In this document: one piece after another, positions 27,404 to 36,439 of the stretch
How positions within the stretch are numbered: position 1 is the stretch's first letter
How the letters are laid out: the number at the start of each line of letters is the position of its first letter
Source: an uncultured bacterium
GTDB taxonomy: Bacteria > Patescibacteriota > Minisyncoccia > Phycocordibacterales > UBA6065
Reading direction: 5' to 3'
Assembly (NCBI GenBank): GCA_966243015.1
Contig: CBIMES010000001.1
Coordinates: 143,995-207,994 of the forward strand
DNA: 64,000 nucleotides
Position numbers and translations under genes: made by a program
The notes under the pieces: generated by a model
Told to the model about the DNA's origin: nothing
What the model saw: only the letters and a program-made list of their open reading frames with translations
The model's database searches: none

Positions 27404-28417
27404 ATGGCCATATTTACGAAGAAACTCGGCATTGACCTCGGCACCGCGAACACCCTCGTGTTCATTCCCGGCAAGGGCATCGTCCTCAACGAGCCTTCGG
27501 TGGTCGCTGTGTCCGAACAGGACAACAAGATTCTTGCCGTCGGTGTCGAGGCGAAGAACATGATTGGCCGAACGCCGGAGTCGATCATCGCGTACCGTCC
27601 GATGAAGGACGGCGTCATCGCCGACTATCGCGTGACCGAGGCCATGCTCCGGTACTTTATCGACAAGGCTCTCGGCAAGTGGAACATCTGGAAGCCAGAA
27701 GTCCTCGTGTCCGTTCCCGCGGGCATCACCTCGACCGAGCGACGAGCCGTCGTCGAAGCTGCCGTGAAGGCGGGCGCCAAGAATGCCTATGTGGTCAAGG
27801 AGCCGATCCTCGCCGCCATCGGCGCGGGCATCCCGATTCAGGAGGCGCGCGGCCACATGATCGTCGACATCGGCGGGGGTACGACTGACGTCGCGGTCAT
27901 CTCGCTCGGTGGCATCGTGTCCTCGACTTCGGTCAAGTGCGCCGGCAACAGGATTGACGCCGCCATCGCCGACTACATCAAGAAGACCTTCAACCTCGCC
28001 ATCGGAGACAAGACCGCCGAGAACATCAAGATCCAGATCGGTTCGGCCGTTCCTCTCGAGGAGGAGCTTTCCATGGTCATCAAGGGACGAGACTTCGTCT
28101 CGGGACTGCCGCGCTCGACCGAGCTTAAGTCGAACGAGGTGGTCAAGGCGATCACCCGCGAGCTTCGCGACATGGTGAAGGCGATCAAGGACGTGCTCCA
28201 GGAGACTCCTCCCGAGCTCGCCGCCGACATCATCGACAGCGGCATCATCATGACCGGGGGATCGTCCCAGCTCCGCAACCTTCCCGAGCTCGTCTTCCGT
28301 CGCACCGGCGTGAAGGCCGTCCTCGCCGAGGACCCTCTGTACTGCGTTGCCAAGGGAACCGGCATCGCGCTCGAGCATCTCGAGACGTACAAGAGGACGA
28401 TTATTTCGAAGAGATAA
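27404..28417 (+). CDS. mreB: rod shape-determining actin MreB/Mbl (paralog 1)
   Basis: GIDLGTANT, EPSVVA, VDIGGGTTDVA, TPPEL. Confidence 0.95.
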   Translation: MAIFTKKLGIDLGTANTLVFIPGKGIVLNEPSVVAVSEQDNKILAVGVEAKNMIGRTPESIIAYRPMKDGVIADYRVTEAMLRYFIDKALGKWNIWKPEVLVSVPAGITSTERRAVVEAAVKAGAKNAYVVKEPILAAIGAGIPIQEARGHMIVDIGGGTTDVAVISLGGIVSSTSVKCAGNRIDAAIADYIKKTFNLAIGDKTAENIKIQIGSAVPLEEELSMVIKGRDFVSGLPRSTELKSNEVVKAITRELRDMVKAIKDVLQETPPELAADIIDSGIIMTGGSSQLRNLPELVFRRTGVKAVLAEDPLYCVAKGTGIALEHLETYKRTIISKR

Positions 28418-28430
28418 TTTAATTTACGGT

Positions 28431-28760
28431 ATGAAAAATTTTGAAAAGCTCAAGTTATTTTCTTTCGTCATTGGGTTTTACTTGATTGGCATGGTTGCCC
28501 TATCCTGGGTGTTTGGGGGTTCTGTGGCGGGACTTTTTATGGCGGAACCACTTGCTCCTTTTGATACGGTGCTTGCATTGCCGTTTCTGGGCGGTTTCCA
28601 CGTCTTTATCATCACGGGCCTCGTCGTTATGATAAGTGAGATTATCCTTCGTAAGAAACCCTCAAGGGCGTTGACTATCTTTCTATACGGGATCTTTGTG
28701 CCGTTGGCTTATTTGATTCCGGCATGTCTTCTTTTTACCTCGGTTAAAGACAAATTCTAA
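28431..28760 (+). CDS. small three-TM membrane protein
   Basis: Hydrophobic 109-aa ORF; lower GC. Confidence 0.65.
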   Translation: MKNFEKLKLFSFVIGFYLIGMVALSWVFGGSVAGLFMAEPLAPFDTVLALPFLGGFHVFIITGLVVMISEIILRKKPSRALTIFLYGIFVPLAYLIPACLLFTSVKDKF

Positions 28761-28833
28761 TTTCACTTTGCAAGCACCGTATCGAGGTCCCTGTCTTTGA
28801 TTGAGGATCTTTCTTCTTTGTTATACTGTCACC

Positions 28834-29502
28834 ATGTTCCAGAAAGATTCCCTCCACCACGCGTATTTCATTGAAGGAGAGCGGGCCGCGGTGCTCGCCG
28901 ACATCGAGGCGTTCCTGAGCGAGGCCTTCGGCATCGTGCGCCAGGGTCATCCTGACGTGCATTACGGCGAGTACGATTCGTTCGGCATCGACGACGGCCG
29001 CGGTCTTCAGGAGATGCAGGCGGTGCGGCCTGTGGCGGGTGACAGGAAGGTTTTTATTCTTTCCGTGGGCTCAATGACGGGGGAGGCTCAGAACTCGCTT
29101 CTCAAGGTCTTCGAGGAACCGACGCCGGGCACTCATTTCTTTGTCATTTCGACATCACGCAGGATACTCCTGCCGACCCTGCGCTCGCGCGTCATCATCA
29201 TCGCCCACGCCACCTCGAAGGAGGCGACGCTCGGTGCCGAGGCCAAGAAGTTTATTTCCTCTTCATATAAGGACCGTCTCGCTCAGGTGTCGGGCATGGT
29301 TGAGGAGAAGGACAAGGCGCTCGCCGAGGGATTCCTTCTTGCCGTCATTGACGAGCTGCGCGGTGACGGTTTGCGGGCTGTCTCGCCGGCGCGCGCCGTG
29401 GCGATCAGGGAGATCGTCTCGCTCGTGCCGTATCTCAAGGACCGCGCTCCGTCCGTGAAGCTCATTCTCGAGCGGGTGGCGTTGCTCGACTTTGATAAAT
29501 AA
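28834..29502 (+). CDS. holB: DNA polymerase III delta' subunit (reduced)
   Basis: HHAYFIEG, HPDV, EAQNSLLKVFEEP, LLPTLRSR. Confidence 0.85.
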   Translation: MFQKDSLHHAYFIEGERAAVLADIEAFLSEAFGIVRQGHPDVHYGEYDSFGIDDGRGLQEMQAVRPVAGDRKVFILSVGSMTGEAQNSLLKVFEEPTPGTHFFVISTSRRILLPTLRSRVIIIAHATSKEATLGAEAKKFISSSYKDRLAQVSGMVEEKDKALAEGFLLAVIDELRGDGLRAVSPARAVAIREIVSLVPYLKDRAPSVKLILERVALLDFDK

Positions 29503-29551
29503 TTGATTTTTTCCAGGGTCTTGTGGATTGTGCCTGTGATATAATCACGAT

Positions 29552-32500
29552 ATGAAATTTAGGGTAGTGTCCTTTGTGCTTGTAGGAGCGTTACTCACAC
29601 TTGCGCCGCTTTTTTCTCATGCGCAGGAAAGGGGAGGCGCCTCTCTCTTCTTCTGCAAGGTGTTTTCGATTTTCACCAAAGCCGACTGTTCTCCGTCGGC
29701 TGATTCTGCCACCGCTGAAATTACCCAAGCCCCGTTGCTGCCGTCTCCGTCGGGCGAGGGGTCTAAGCCTTCCTCTGTCGTAACCAATGTTGCGGATTCG
29801 GATTCCCCGGCACGCGAGGTTTCGTCTGGCGTCGGCCCTTATCCCTCGCTGAGCCGTTCGGACGTTCAATCGATGATCGATTCCTCGATCGAGCGATTGC
29901 CCGCACCCACAACCGTGTCTCCCTCGGAGCCCTCGGTCCAGACGGTTGTCTATCGATCGTCCTCGGCCCAGGGCGACTCTATCGTGAGCGCCTCCGCCCG
30001 CATGGTTTCCGACCTTAGGGCCGACATCCAGGAAGGGAGGGTCTCTGTGCCTCTGTCAGCCGTGTCTGGTCAGTCTTCCGTGCTCTCGGGTGACGCTGAG
30101 CTCGCGAACGCTACCAGCACCACGTTCTTCTCGACCGTCGGGCGCTTTGCGACGGGTGTTGTGGACACCCTGTCCTCGGCGGTTGCGACTATAGCGAGTC
30201 TGTTCGTCGAGAATCTCACTGCCACCAACGCAACGTCTACCAATTCCGTTGTCACGGGAGGCCTGTCTGCCGGTTCCCTCAGCCTCGGCACCGCTCTCGC
30301 GGTGACAAGCGGAGGAACGGGTGCGTCTGACGCGTCTTCCGCGAGACTTAACCTTGGCTTGGCCTATGCCACGTCCTCGGACATATCGGCAACGCTTTTC
30401 AATAACATTGCCACATGGGGAGACAGTCTGACCGCAGGTGCTGGCGGCACACCCTACCCGACGCAGCTTGCCAGTCTTACGGGTGCTACCGTCTATAACG
30501 GGGGCGTCGGTGGCGAGACGAGCACTCAGATAAAGGCCCGAATGCTCGCCGCGACCGACAAACACGCCCATCCGACGATAATTTGGGCAGGAAGGAATAA
30601 TTACAGCTCTCCCGAAACCGTCAAAGCTGACATCGCCGAGATGGTTGCGGCTCTCGGGCACAATAATTATCTGATCATTGGCGTGATCAATGGCAATTAC
30701 CCGAGTGAGTATTCTGGGGGAGCGGGACACACGCTTATAACAAATCTTAACAGCGACCTGTCCGAAACGTATGGCTCCCGTTTCATCGACATGCGTCAGT
30801 ATCTTGTCTCGCTGTACGACTCGGGGATTCCGCAGGACGTTACTGACCATGACAATGACATCGTGCCGAGCTCTCTTCGTTCGGATAGTATCCATTTGAC
30901 CACGGCGGGTTATTTGGCGGTTGCGCAGAGAATATATCAGGATATCAGTGTCCTTAGGTCGGGAGCGACTGGATCGGTTGTAAATCCTCAGACTCTTCAG
31001 TATGCGTTTTCAAACCCGTTTCCCATCGGCGCAACTACTCGCGCCGGGGGTTACTTCAGCCAGGTGGGCGTGGGAACATCGACGCCCGCGCGAGCTCTTT
31101 CCGTTGTGGGCGGCGACGTGGAGATAGATCAATCAAGATTCTATTACGCAAAGGACGCCAGCGGTAACAGTGTGAGGGTCGCCGGTGTCTCGGGAAGCAA
31201 TCTGTTCTTGGGAGGAAGCTATGTCAGCAACCTGTATCTCGGCACGGGGTTCACGGGCCAGTCTCAGGCTCTTACGATTGCGAACGGTGGTTCCGTGGGA
31301 GTCGGAACGACCACTCCTTCTGCGAGGCTTTCCGTGACGGGCGCTGCTGGCAGCGGCGATATTTTCGCTGTTGCCTCGTCAACCAACGCTCGGCTTCTGA
31401 CGGTGACAAGCGCTGGTGCGCTCGGTGTTGGAACGAGTTCGCCCTCCGCACTCCTCTCTGTCTCTGGGTCTTCCGCGTTTGCGGGTCTCGCGACGTTTTC
31501 TTCCAATGTTTTCATGACGGGAGGAAGTCTGTACCTGCAGTCCTCTGGAGCTGGGTTCTATCTTCCCGGAAACGGAGGAATCGCGGGAAATAACGGGGCA
31601 ATCAATCTTACTGCTGCTGGCACTAATCAGAACATCACCCTCACGCCGAGCGGCACGGGAGCTGTTGGAATCGGCACCACCACGCCGTCAGCAAGGCTCG
31701 CCGTAACGGGAACCGCGGGAACGAGTGACATATTCGCGCTCGCGTCCTCGACGAACGCGAGGGTCCTCACGGTCAATAGCGCTGGAAACAGCTTCTTCGG
31801 TGGCAACATCTCGGCGACCGGAACTATTGCCTCAAACATGGGTTCTGGGAACGGACAGGCGCTCACGGTTATCACAGACGGAAGTACGAGGTATGCGAAC
31901 CTTGCCTTCAACGAGGTTGCGTCCAACAAGGCTTTGATTTCATGGATTGGTTCTGGCGCTGGGCTGGGCGCTCGAAACAACACCCTCGAGCTTGCGGCCG
32001 AGAATTCGGGTAGCGACATAGCGTTCAGGACTGGCGGGGCAACTAAAATGATCCTTACTGACGGTGGCCTGCTAGGCATAGGAACCACGACGCCGTCGAC
32101 CGCACTCGATGTGGTGGGTGTGGTGAACGCGTCTGGAGGTTACACCTATAACACGTCTAGCAGCGGATCGGGACTTACCGTGAACACCACGGCGAATACG
32201 ACATACAACAACATATCCTTCACCGAGAACTCGTCGCTTCGATCGCTCATATCGTGGATCGGCTCGAACGCGGGCCTCGGGACGAGGAACAACACCCTTG
32301 AGCTTTCCGCGGAGGCGTCTGGAGGTGATATAGCGCTCCGCGCGGGAAACGCGACGAGGCTGTTCGTGGACGCTGGTGGAAACGTTGGCGTGGGCACGCT
32401 CACCCCAGGGGCGAAGCTCGACGTGGGTGGATCGGTCAAGGCGACGTCATACGCGCGAGGTGTAGCGACCACGACGTCGCAGCTCGTGTTTGACGGAGAC

Positions 32501-32719
32501 TCTATGACCTTCGGATACGGCCTCACCACCCCATACCCGAACCTGGTAACCACGACCCATACGTTCAGCAGGTACAACACCGCTGTCTCTGGCCGAACCG
32601 TTCTCGACATGATACTCAACGCGACGACCAGCGTTGACGCAAGACTCTCCGACAGGGCCCGCGAGAACATCGTGGTCGTATGGGGGGGGGAATCAACAGT
32701 ATGGCGCTCGAGGGAATAA
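29552..32719 (+). CDS. giant secreted fibre/adhesin, N-terminal part: SGNH domain, GIGTTTPS repeats, first half of a second SGNH domain
   Basis: Signal peptide; GDSLT...G.NN...DSIH; repeated G(V/I)GTTTPS; second GDSMT; frame breaks at the G9 tract. Confidence 0.85.
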   Translation: MKFRVVSFVLVGALLTLAPLFSHAQERGGASLFFCKVFSIFTKADCSPSADSATAEITQAPLLPSPSGEGSKPSSVVTNVADSDSPAREVSSGVGPYPSLSRSDVQSMIDSSIERLPAPTTVSPSEPSVQTVVYRSSSAQGDSIVSASARMVSDLRADIQEGRVSVPLSAVSGQSSVLSGDAELANATSTTFFSTVGRFATGVVDTLSSAVATIASLFVENLTATNATSTNSVVTGGLSAGSLSLGTALAVTSGGTGASDASSARLNLGLAYATSSDISATLFNNIATWGDSLTAGAGGTPYPTQLASLTGATVYNGGVGGETSTQIKARMLAATDKHAHPTIIWAGRNNYSSPETVKADIAEMVAALGHNNYLIIGVINGNYPSEYSGGAGHTLITNLNSDLSETYGSRFIDMRQYLVSLYDSGIPQDVTDHDNDIVPSSLRSDSIHLTTAGYLAVAQRIYQDISVLRSGATGSVVNPQTLQYAFSNPFPIGATTRAGGYFSQVGVGTSTPARALSVVGGDVEIDQSRFYYAKDASGNSVRVAGVSGSNLFLGGSYVSNLYLGTGFTGQSQALTIANGGSVGVGTTTPSARLSVTGAAGSGDIFAVASSTNARLLTVTSAGALGVGTSSPSALLSVSGSSAFAGLATFSSNVFMTGGSLYLQSSGAGFYLPGNGGIAGNNGAINLTAAGTNQNITLTPSGTGAVGIGTTTPSARLAVTGTAGTSDIFALASSTNARVLTVNSAGNSFFGGNISATGTIASNMGSGNGQALTVITDGSTRYANLAFNEVASNKALISWIGSGAGLGARNNTLELAAENSGSDIAFRTGGATKMILTDGGLLGIGTTTPSTALDVVGVVNASGGYTYNTSSSGSGLTVNTTANTTYNNISFTENSSLRSLISWIGSNAGLGTRNNTLELSAEASGGDIALRAGNATRLFVDAGGNVGVGTLTPGAKLDVGGSVKATSYARGVATTTSQLVFDGDSMTFGYGLTTPYPNLVTTTHTFSRYNTAVSGRTVLDMILNATTSVDARLSDRARENIVVVWGGESTVWRSRE

Positions 32720-34098
32720 CGCCGGTCGCAACGTATAACGAGCTGGTGGCGTATGCTCGAGAGCGAAGGGCGGCGGGATTCAAGGTGATCATAGGCACGA
32801 TGGTCTCTCGAACTGGCTCAAACGGCAACGGAACGTTCGACTCGCAGAAGAACACCTACAACGCGCTCATCAGGGCGAATTGGGCAAATTTCGCCGACGG
32901 CATAGCCGACCTCGCTGGCGATGCACGCCTCGGGGCAGACGGTGCGTACTCTAACTTGACGTATTTCCAGGCGGACGGAATTCATATCAATGACACGGGT
33001 GCGGCAATAGTGGCGGGAATCGTATCTACGGCGATTGATCGCCTGACGGAGGGGAACGTGAAGGACCTGAACGACCTGTACGTCACTGGGAAGATGGGTA
33101 TCGGCACGACGTCTCTATCTGAAAAGCTCTCTGTCGCTGGTAACATAATTGTTACCAACGGTTCACGAATATACGGCTTTGATTCGTCTGGTAATAAGGC
33201 TGTCATAGCTCAGATTGCCGCCGGGCTGAACGATCTCTATCTCGGCGGTAGCTACGTTGGCAACCTGTATCTTGGTACGGGTGCGGGGACTCAAAGGGTG
33301 ACTGTCACCAACGGCGGAAACGTTGGTATCGGCACCACCACCCCTTCCGCCCAGCTCACCACTTCGGGCACCGTCCGCTTCGCCTCGCTTGGCTCTGCGG
33401 GCGCGAACCTCATCACGGACTCGCTCGGCAACGTCACTGTTTCCTCTGACGAGAGGCTTAAGGACGTGCAGGGGGAATTCGCGAGGGGCCTCAGCGACAT
33501 TTCCAAGATTAAGCCGATCACGTACAAGTGGAACGCCGTGTCGGGCATGGAGACCTCCGGTCTCTATACGGGATTCTCTGCTCAGAACGTGCAGTCATCC
33601 ATACCCGAGGCAGTCGCGACAGACTCGCGAGGGTACCTTACCCTTTCCGACAGGCCGATTCTGGCGGCGGTCGTCAACGCCCTCAAGGAGCTTTCGGCAA
33701 AGGTTGACGGCATCATGTCCTCGAATTTCACCTATGTGAACGAGGCGTCGATCGGCGTCCTCAACGTCGGCAAGCTTAACATCCAGGGCGACATCTGCGT
33801 CGATAACGTGTGTATCACGAAAGAGCAGTTCAAGAGCATCTTCACGCAGAACGGCTCGACGGTGTACATGCCTCAGCCTGTGCAGGATACGTCTTCAGAG
33901 GCAGAGGGCCTCGTTCCCACCGAGACCGCCTCGAGCACCTCGGACGTTCCGGATACGTCGAGCGCGTCTTCGACGTCCGAGGAGGCGCCTTCCTCGGTCG
34001 ACGCCGAGGTCGCGTCTTCGACGCCTCCTGCGGAGGAGGTCGTTTCAGGGGATTCTGAGCCCCAGGAATCCGAGACCCCGGGCGCGCCCGTTGAATAA
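32680..34098 (+). CDS. giant fibre protein, C-terminal part: rest of second SGNH, peptidase S74 chaperone, acidic tail
   Basis: G.N...DGIH completes the SGNH domain; SSDERLKD...I.PITYKW...GFSAQ.V...PEAV. Confidence 0.85.
   Translation: MGGGINSMALEGITPVATYNELVAYARERRAAGFKVIIGTMVSRTGSNGNGTFDSQKNTYNALIRANWANFADGIADLAGDARLGADGAYSNLTYFQADGIHINDTGAAIVAGIVSTAIDRLTEGNVKDLNDLYVTGKMGIGTTSLSEKLSVAGNIIVTNGSRIYGFDSSGNKAVIAQIAAGLNDLYLGGSYVGNLYLGTGAGTQRVTVTNGGNVGIGTTTPSAQLTTSGTVRFASLGSAGANLITDSLGNVTVSSDERLKDVQGEFARGLSDISKIKPITYKWNAVSGMETSGLYTGFSAQNVQSSIPEAVATDSRGYLTLSDRPILAAVVNALKELSAKVDGIMSSNFTYVNEASIGVLNVGKLNIQGDICVDNVCITKEQFKSIFTQNGSTVYMPQPVQDTSSEAEGLVPTETASSTSDVPDTSSASSTSEEAPSSVDAEVASSTPPAEEVVSGDSEPQESETPGAPVE
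32682..32690 (+). repeat. G9 homopolymer at the frameshift junction
   Basis: gtaTGGGGGGGGGaatc; G7 or G10 would fuse the two ORFs. Confidence 0.9.
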
Positions 34099-34107
34099 GA
34101 AGGTCTC

Positions 34108-34689
34108 ATGAATACTCAGAAAGGATTCACCCTCATCGAGCTCCTCGTCGTCATTGCCATCATCGCGCTTCTCTCGAGCGTGGTTTTATCGTCTCTTAAT
34201 ACGGCTCGCGCTAAATCCCGCGACGCGTTGCGCATGTCCCAGATGAATCAAGTGATGAGCGCCCTCGAGATGTATTACGCCAAATACGGCTCATACCCCT
34301 ATGGAAACAGTGGCTCGCTTAATACCGAGGGCGCGAGGAATAATTCGTGCAATAATGCGGGGTCGAGCCTGGGTGAGCCGATGGGCGAGTGGGATAACGT
34401 GATGCAGCTCCTCGTGAACGAGGGGTTCTTGGGCGGCATTCCGCGCGATCCGATCAATACGGGCTATGCGAGCACAGGGAACAGCAGGTGCTACAAGTAT
34501 TCCTCCTACACGGCTGATGACGGCCTGTACAGGCGCTGCAGCACAAACGCGGTCGGCGACAGGGATATCCCTATACGCAACTACGGCTACGTCCTTATGT
34601 TCTCCTCCGAGGCAACAACCTTCAAATACCCGCTTTCTGGTTGGCCAGTCAACATCTATACGTATTGCGTTCTTGGCCCTGCAAAATAG
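34108..34689 (+). CDS. type IV pilin / GspG-like protein
   Basis: [29 protein letters not shown]...G.YP, P.DP. Confidence 0.9.
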   Translation: MNTQKGFTLIELLVVIAIIALLSSVVLSSLNTARAKSRDALRMSQMNQVMSALEMYYAKYGSYPYGNSGSLNTEGARNNSCNNAGSSLGEPMGEWDNVMQLLVNEGFLGGIPRDPINTGYASTGNSRCYKYSSYTADDGLYRRCSTNAVGDRDIPIRNYGYVLMFSSEATTFKYPLSGWPVNIYTYCVLGPAK

Positions 34690-34736
34690 GGGGGAAATCT
34701 ATATGGGGAAGGGGTTTTATGCTATTATCTGCTCAT

Positions 34737-35288
34737 ATGCAATACAACTTCACCACACTCAAGACGAACCTTTCCGCTACCGAATCATGGCTTCAGAAGG
34801 AGCTTTCTACCGTTCGAACCGGTCAGGCGAACCCTTCGGTCCTCGACGGCGTGCGCGTAGAGGCCTACGGCTCTGACATGCCTCTTAACCAGGTCGCGGG
34901 TATTACCACTGAGGGCGCTCGAACCATCCGCATCGTCCCGTGGGACCAGTCGCTCGTGAAGGGTATCGAGAAGTCGATCACCGTCGCCAACCTTGGCCTC
35001 TCCGTCGCCGTTGACGACAAGGGCGTGCGCGTATCGTTCCCCGAGCTCACCGGCGAGCGCCGCGTCGAGATCGTGAAGATGGCGAAGGAGAAGCTTGAGC
35101 AGGCGAAGATTCAGGTAAGGAAGCATCGCGACGAGGTCAACTCCGACATCGACGCCAAGGAGAAGGAGGGCGGCATGAGCGAGGACGAGAAGTTCCGTTT
35201 CAAGGCCGACGCCCAGAAGCTCGTCGACGAGTCAAATAAAAAGCTCACTGAGCTCATGGACAGGAAGGAGAAGGAAATCCTCGGCTAG
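34737..35288 (+). CDS. frr: ribosome recycling factor
   Basis: VRTGQANP..LD.V.VEAYG, I.PWD, PELT.ERR, KEKEI. Confidence 0.96.
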   Translation: MQYNFTTLKTNLSATESWLQKELSTVRTGQANPSVLDGVRVEAYGSDMPLNQVAGITTEGARTIRIVPWDQSLVKGIEKSITVANLGLSVAVDDKGVRVSFPELTGERRVEIVKMAKEKLEQAKIQVRKHRDEVNSDIDAKEKEGGMSEDEKFRFKADAQKLVDESNKKLTELMDRKEKEILG

Positions 35289-35340
35289 TCTCGCTTGATC
35301 GCGCGGTCCGCGTGGCCGCACTTACATAAAACACATTCAC

Positions 35341-36432
35341 ATGTCCATCGTCCTCTTCTTCGTCATACTCGCCGTGCTCGTCCTCGTGCACGAGTTCGGC
35401 CACTTCTTCGCGGCAAAGCGCTTCGGCGTCCGCGTCGACGAGTTTGGCCTCGGCTTCCCGCCGAGAATCTGGGGCAAGAAGGTGGGGGAGACGGTCTATT
35501 CAATCAACGCAATTCCGTTCGGTGGCTTCGTGAAGATCTTCGGCGAGAATCCCGACGAGGAATCGATCAGTGGATCGGACAAGGGGCGCAGCTTCGTACA
35601 TATCGCCAAGTGGAAGCAGGTCGTCGTGCTCGCCTCAGGCGTGCTTATGAACATCGTCTTCGCCTGGCTCCTGTTCTCGATCGCCTACATGTCAGGCATG
35701 ACGACCATTGTCTCGGGCACCGACGCCAAGTACATTCAGGACGCGCACGTTATCATTCTCGACGCGCTGCCTCAGTCGCCGGCCGTCGCGGCCGGTTTCA
35801 GGGCGGGAGATCAGGTGAGGGCCTTCTCCTTTGCGGGTTCCACGACCACGGTTCCGACCGTCGAGCAGATTCAGGATGCAGTCAGGGGCTCCGCGGGAAA
35901 GCCCGTGACCTTCGAGGTCGACCGACCGGGCGAGAAGGTGTTCCTGACCGCTACTCCGGAGGCAACTGACGCCGGCGTCTACGCGATCGGCGTCTCTATG
36001 GATCAGGCGGGCAAGGTGGTTCTTCCCGCGCATCTCGCCGTCTGGGAGGGCGCAAAGCTCTCGGTCAGCATGTTCAAGGGTATCGCGCTTAATCTCTACA
36101 CTTTGGCCCATGACGCCATCGTCGGCGAGGCGGACTTCTCGCAGGTCTCTGGACCTGTCGGCATTGCCCGGCTCGTTGGCGACGCGGGTAAGCTTGGGGT
36201 CGTCTACCTACTCTCGTTCACGGCCTTTATCTCGCTCAACCTTGCCGTGCTCAACCTCGTGCCGTTTCCGGCGCTCGACGGAGGCCGCATCCTCTTCGTT
36301 CTCATCGAGGCGGTAAAGCGCTCGCCGATCAAGCCCGTCATCGCTAACTGGGCGAACACCATCGGCTTCGGGCTTCTCATCCTCCTCATGCTCTTCATCA
36401 CGTATCGGGACATCGTGAAGCTGTTCCGCTAA
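35341..36432 (+). CDS. rseP: RseP/M50 intramembrane metalloprotease with PDZ domain
   Basis: HEFGH, F.LGFPP, PFGGFVKI, NLVPFPALDGG. Confidence 0.95.
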   Translation: MSIVLFFVILAVLVLVHEFGHFFAAKRFGVRVDEFGLGFPPRIWGKKVGETVYSINAIPFGGFVKIFGENPDEESISGSDKGRSFVHIAKWKQVVVLASGVLMNIVFAWLLFSIAYMSGMTTIVSGTDAKYIQDAHVIILDALPQSPAVAAGFRAGDQVRAFSFAGSTTTVPTVEQIQDAVRGSAGKPVTFEVDRPGEKVFLTATPEATDAGVYAIGVSMDQAGKVVLPAHLAVWEGAKLSVSMFKGIALNLYTLAHDAIVGEADFSQVSGPVGIARLVGDAGKLGVVYLLSFTAFISLNLAVLNLVPFPALDGGRILFVLIEAVKRSPIKPVIANWANTIGFGLLILLMLFITYRDIVKLFR

Positions 36433-36439
36433 GGTCCGC

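Noticed and set aside
29552-34098. Prophage, suggested by the S74 domain
   Set aside because: The gene has a signal peptide, housekeeping neighbours and no other virion or integrase genes.
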